A stretch of 48,489 bases of DNA from assembly GCA_903904195.1 (NCBI GenBank), contig CAIVBM010000033.1:1-48489 (forward strand), in the 5' to 3' direction. Positions 48,399-48,489 of this stretch are shown here, piece after piece. Source of the DNA: an uncultured bacterium. GTDB lineage: Bacteria > Patescibacteriota > Minisyncoccia > Phycocordibacterales > UBA9973. The stretch's first letter is position 1. Each line of letters begins with the position of its first letter. Below the pieces are notes generated by a model that saw only the letters and a list, made by a program, of their open reading frames with translations, did no database searches and was not told where the DNA came from. The position numbers and the translations under genes are program-made.

Positions 48399-48489
48399 AT
48401 GCCATACACAACAAACAAAAACATGCCGAGGATTAGAAGAGACGCTGCCGACCTTGCGAGTAAGGGATGGTCGACAAGAAAGGTAGCGA
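48395..48489 (-). CDS. 3' end of a hydrophobic ORF entering from beyond the window (...LLARSAASLLILGMFLFVVYGI*)
   Basis: Hand-translated. Open to the window edge, with an ATGA overlap to the next ORF. Confidence 0.3.
   Translation of the reverse strand, partial: ATFLVDHPLLARSAASLLILGMFLFVVYGI

Overview
AT-rich bacterial chromosome segment, about 35% GC by eye, with nearly all genes on the minus strand. It carries a large translation-gene supercluster: rpsL-rpsG-fusA-tuf, then the S10 operon (rpsJ to rpsQ) and the spc operon (rplN to secY), followed by adk, an archaeal-type pyrH and map. It also carries secE-nusG-rplK, rpsF-ssb-rpsR, rplS, rpmB and efp, plus four tRNAs: Leu-GAG, Arg-UCU, Val-UAC and Ser-UGA. 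Other content is a thyA-folA / MazG / dCMP-deaminase / CofE-like / YhhQ nucleotide cluster, murB, tsaC, ruvX, tatD, a DEAD-box helicase, a pilM-pilN-pilO cluster and a type IV pilin. Several traits point to a CPR/Patescibacteria (Parcubacteria-like) genome: no L30 between S5 and L15, no L1 after L11, no L9 after S18, weak or absent SD sequences, and many -10 boxes only 6-10 nt from the ATG. The most unusual signal is a set of compositionally foreign micro-islands, about 50-55% GC by eye. They sit exactly in intergenic positions of conserved operons: rplB|rpsS, fusA|tuf, tsaC|murB, and upstream of tatD to the window end. Each is an insulated cassette with its own promoter, AAGGAG-type SD sites that native genes mostly lack, one to three tiny ORFs with no family I recognise, and a GC-rich hairpin terminator. 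A native promoter follows each one and restarts the interrupted operon. Other notable items are a 76-bp MITE-like element with 16-bp inverted repeats and a 5-bp target duplication inserted in frame inside rluD, and a second palindromic element at the ssb/rpsR junction that duplicates ATGAAA. There is also a pilin cassette splitting the spc operon, a 568-aa protein with duplicated four-CxxC zinc-ribbon modules in a tRNA/rluD/rplS context, and a G11 tract in a promoter spacer. A wHTH+Cas2-fold gene is bracketed by palindromic repeats, and the left edge holds a transposase end next to a methionine aminopeptidase gene remnant. No CRISPR array or rRNA gene was seen. All calls are by-eye motif recognition with no database search.
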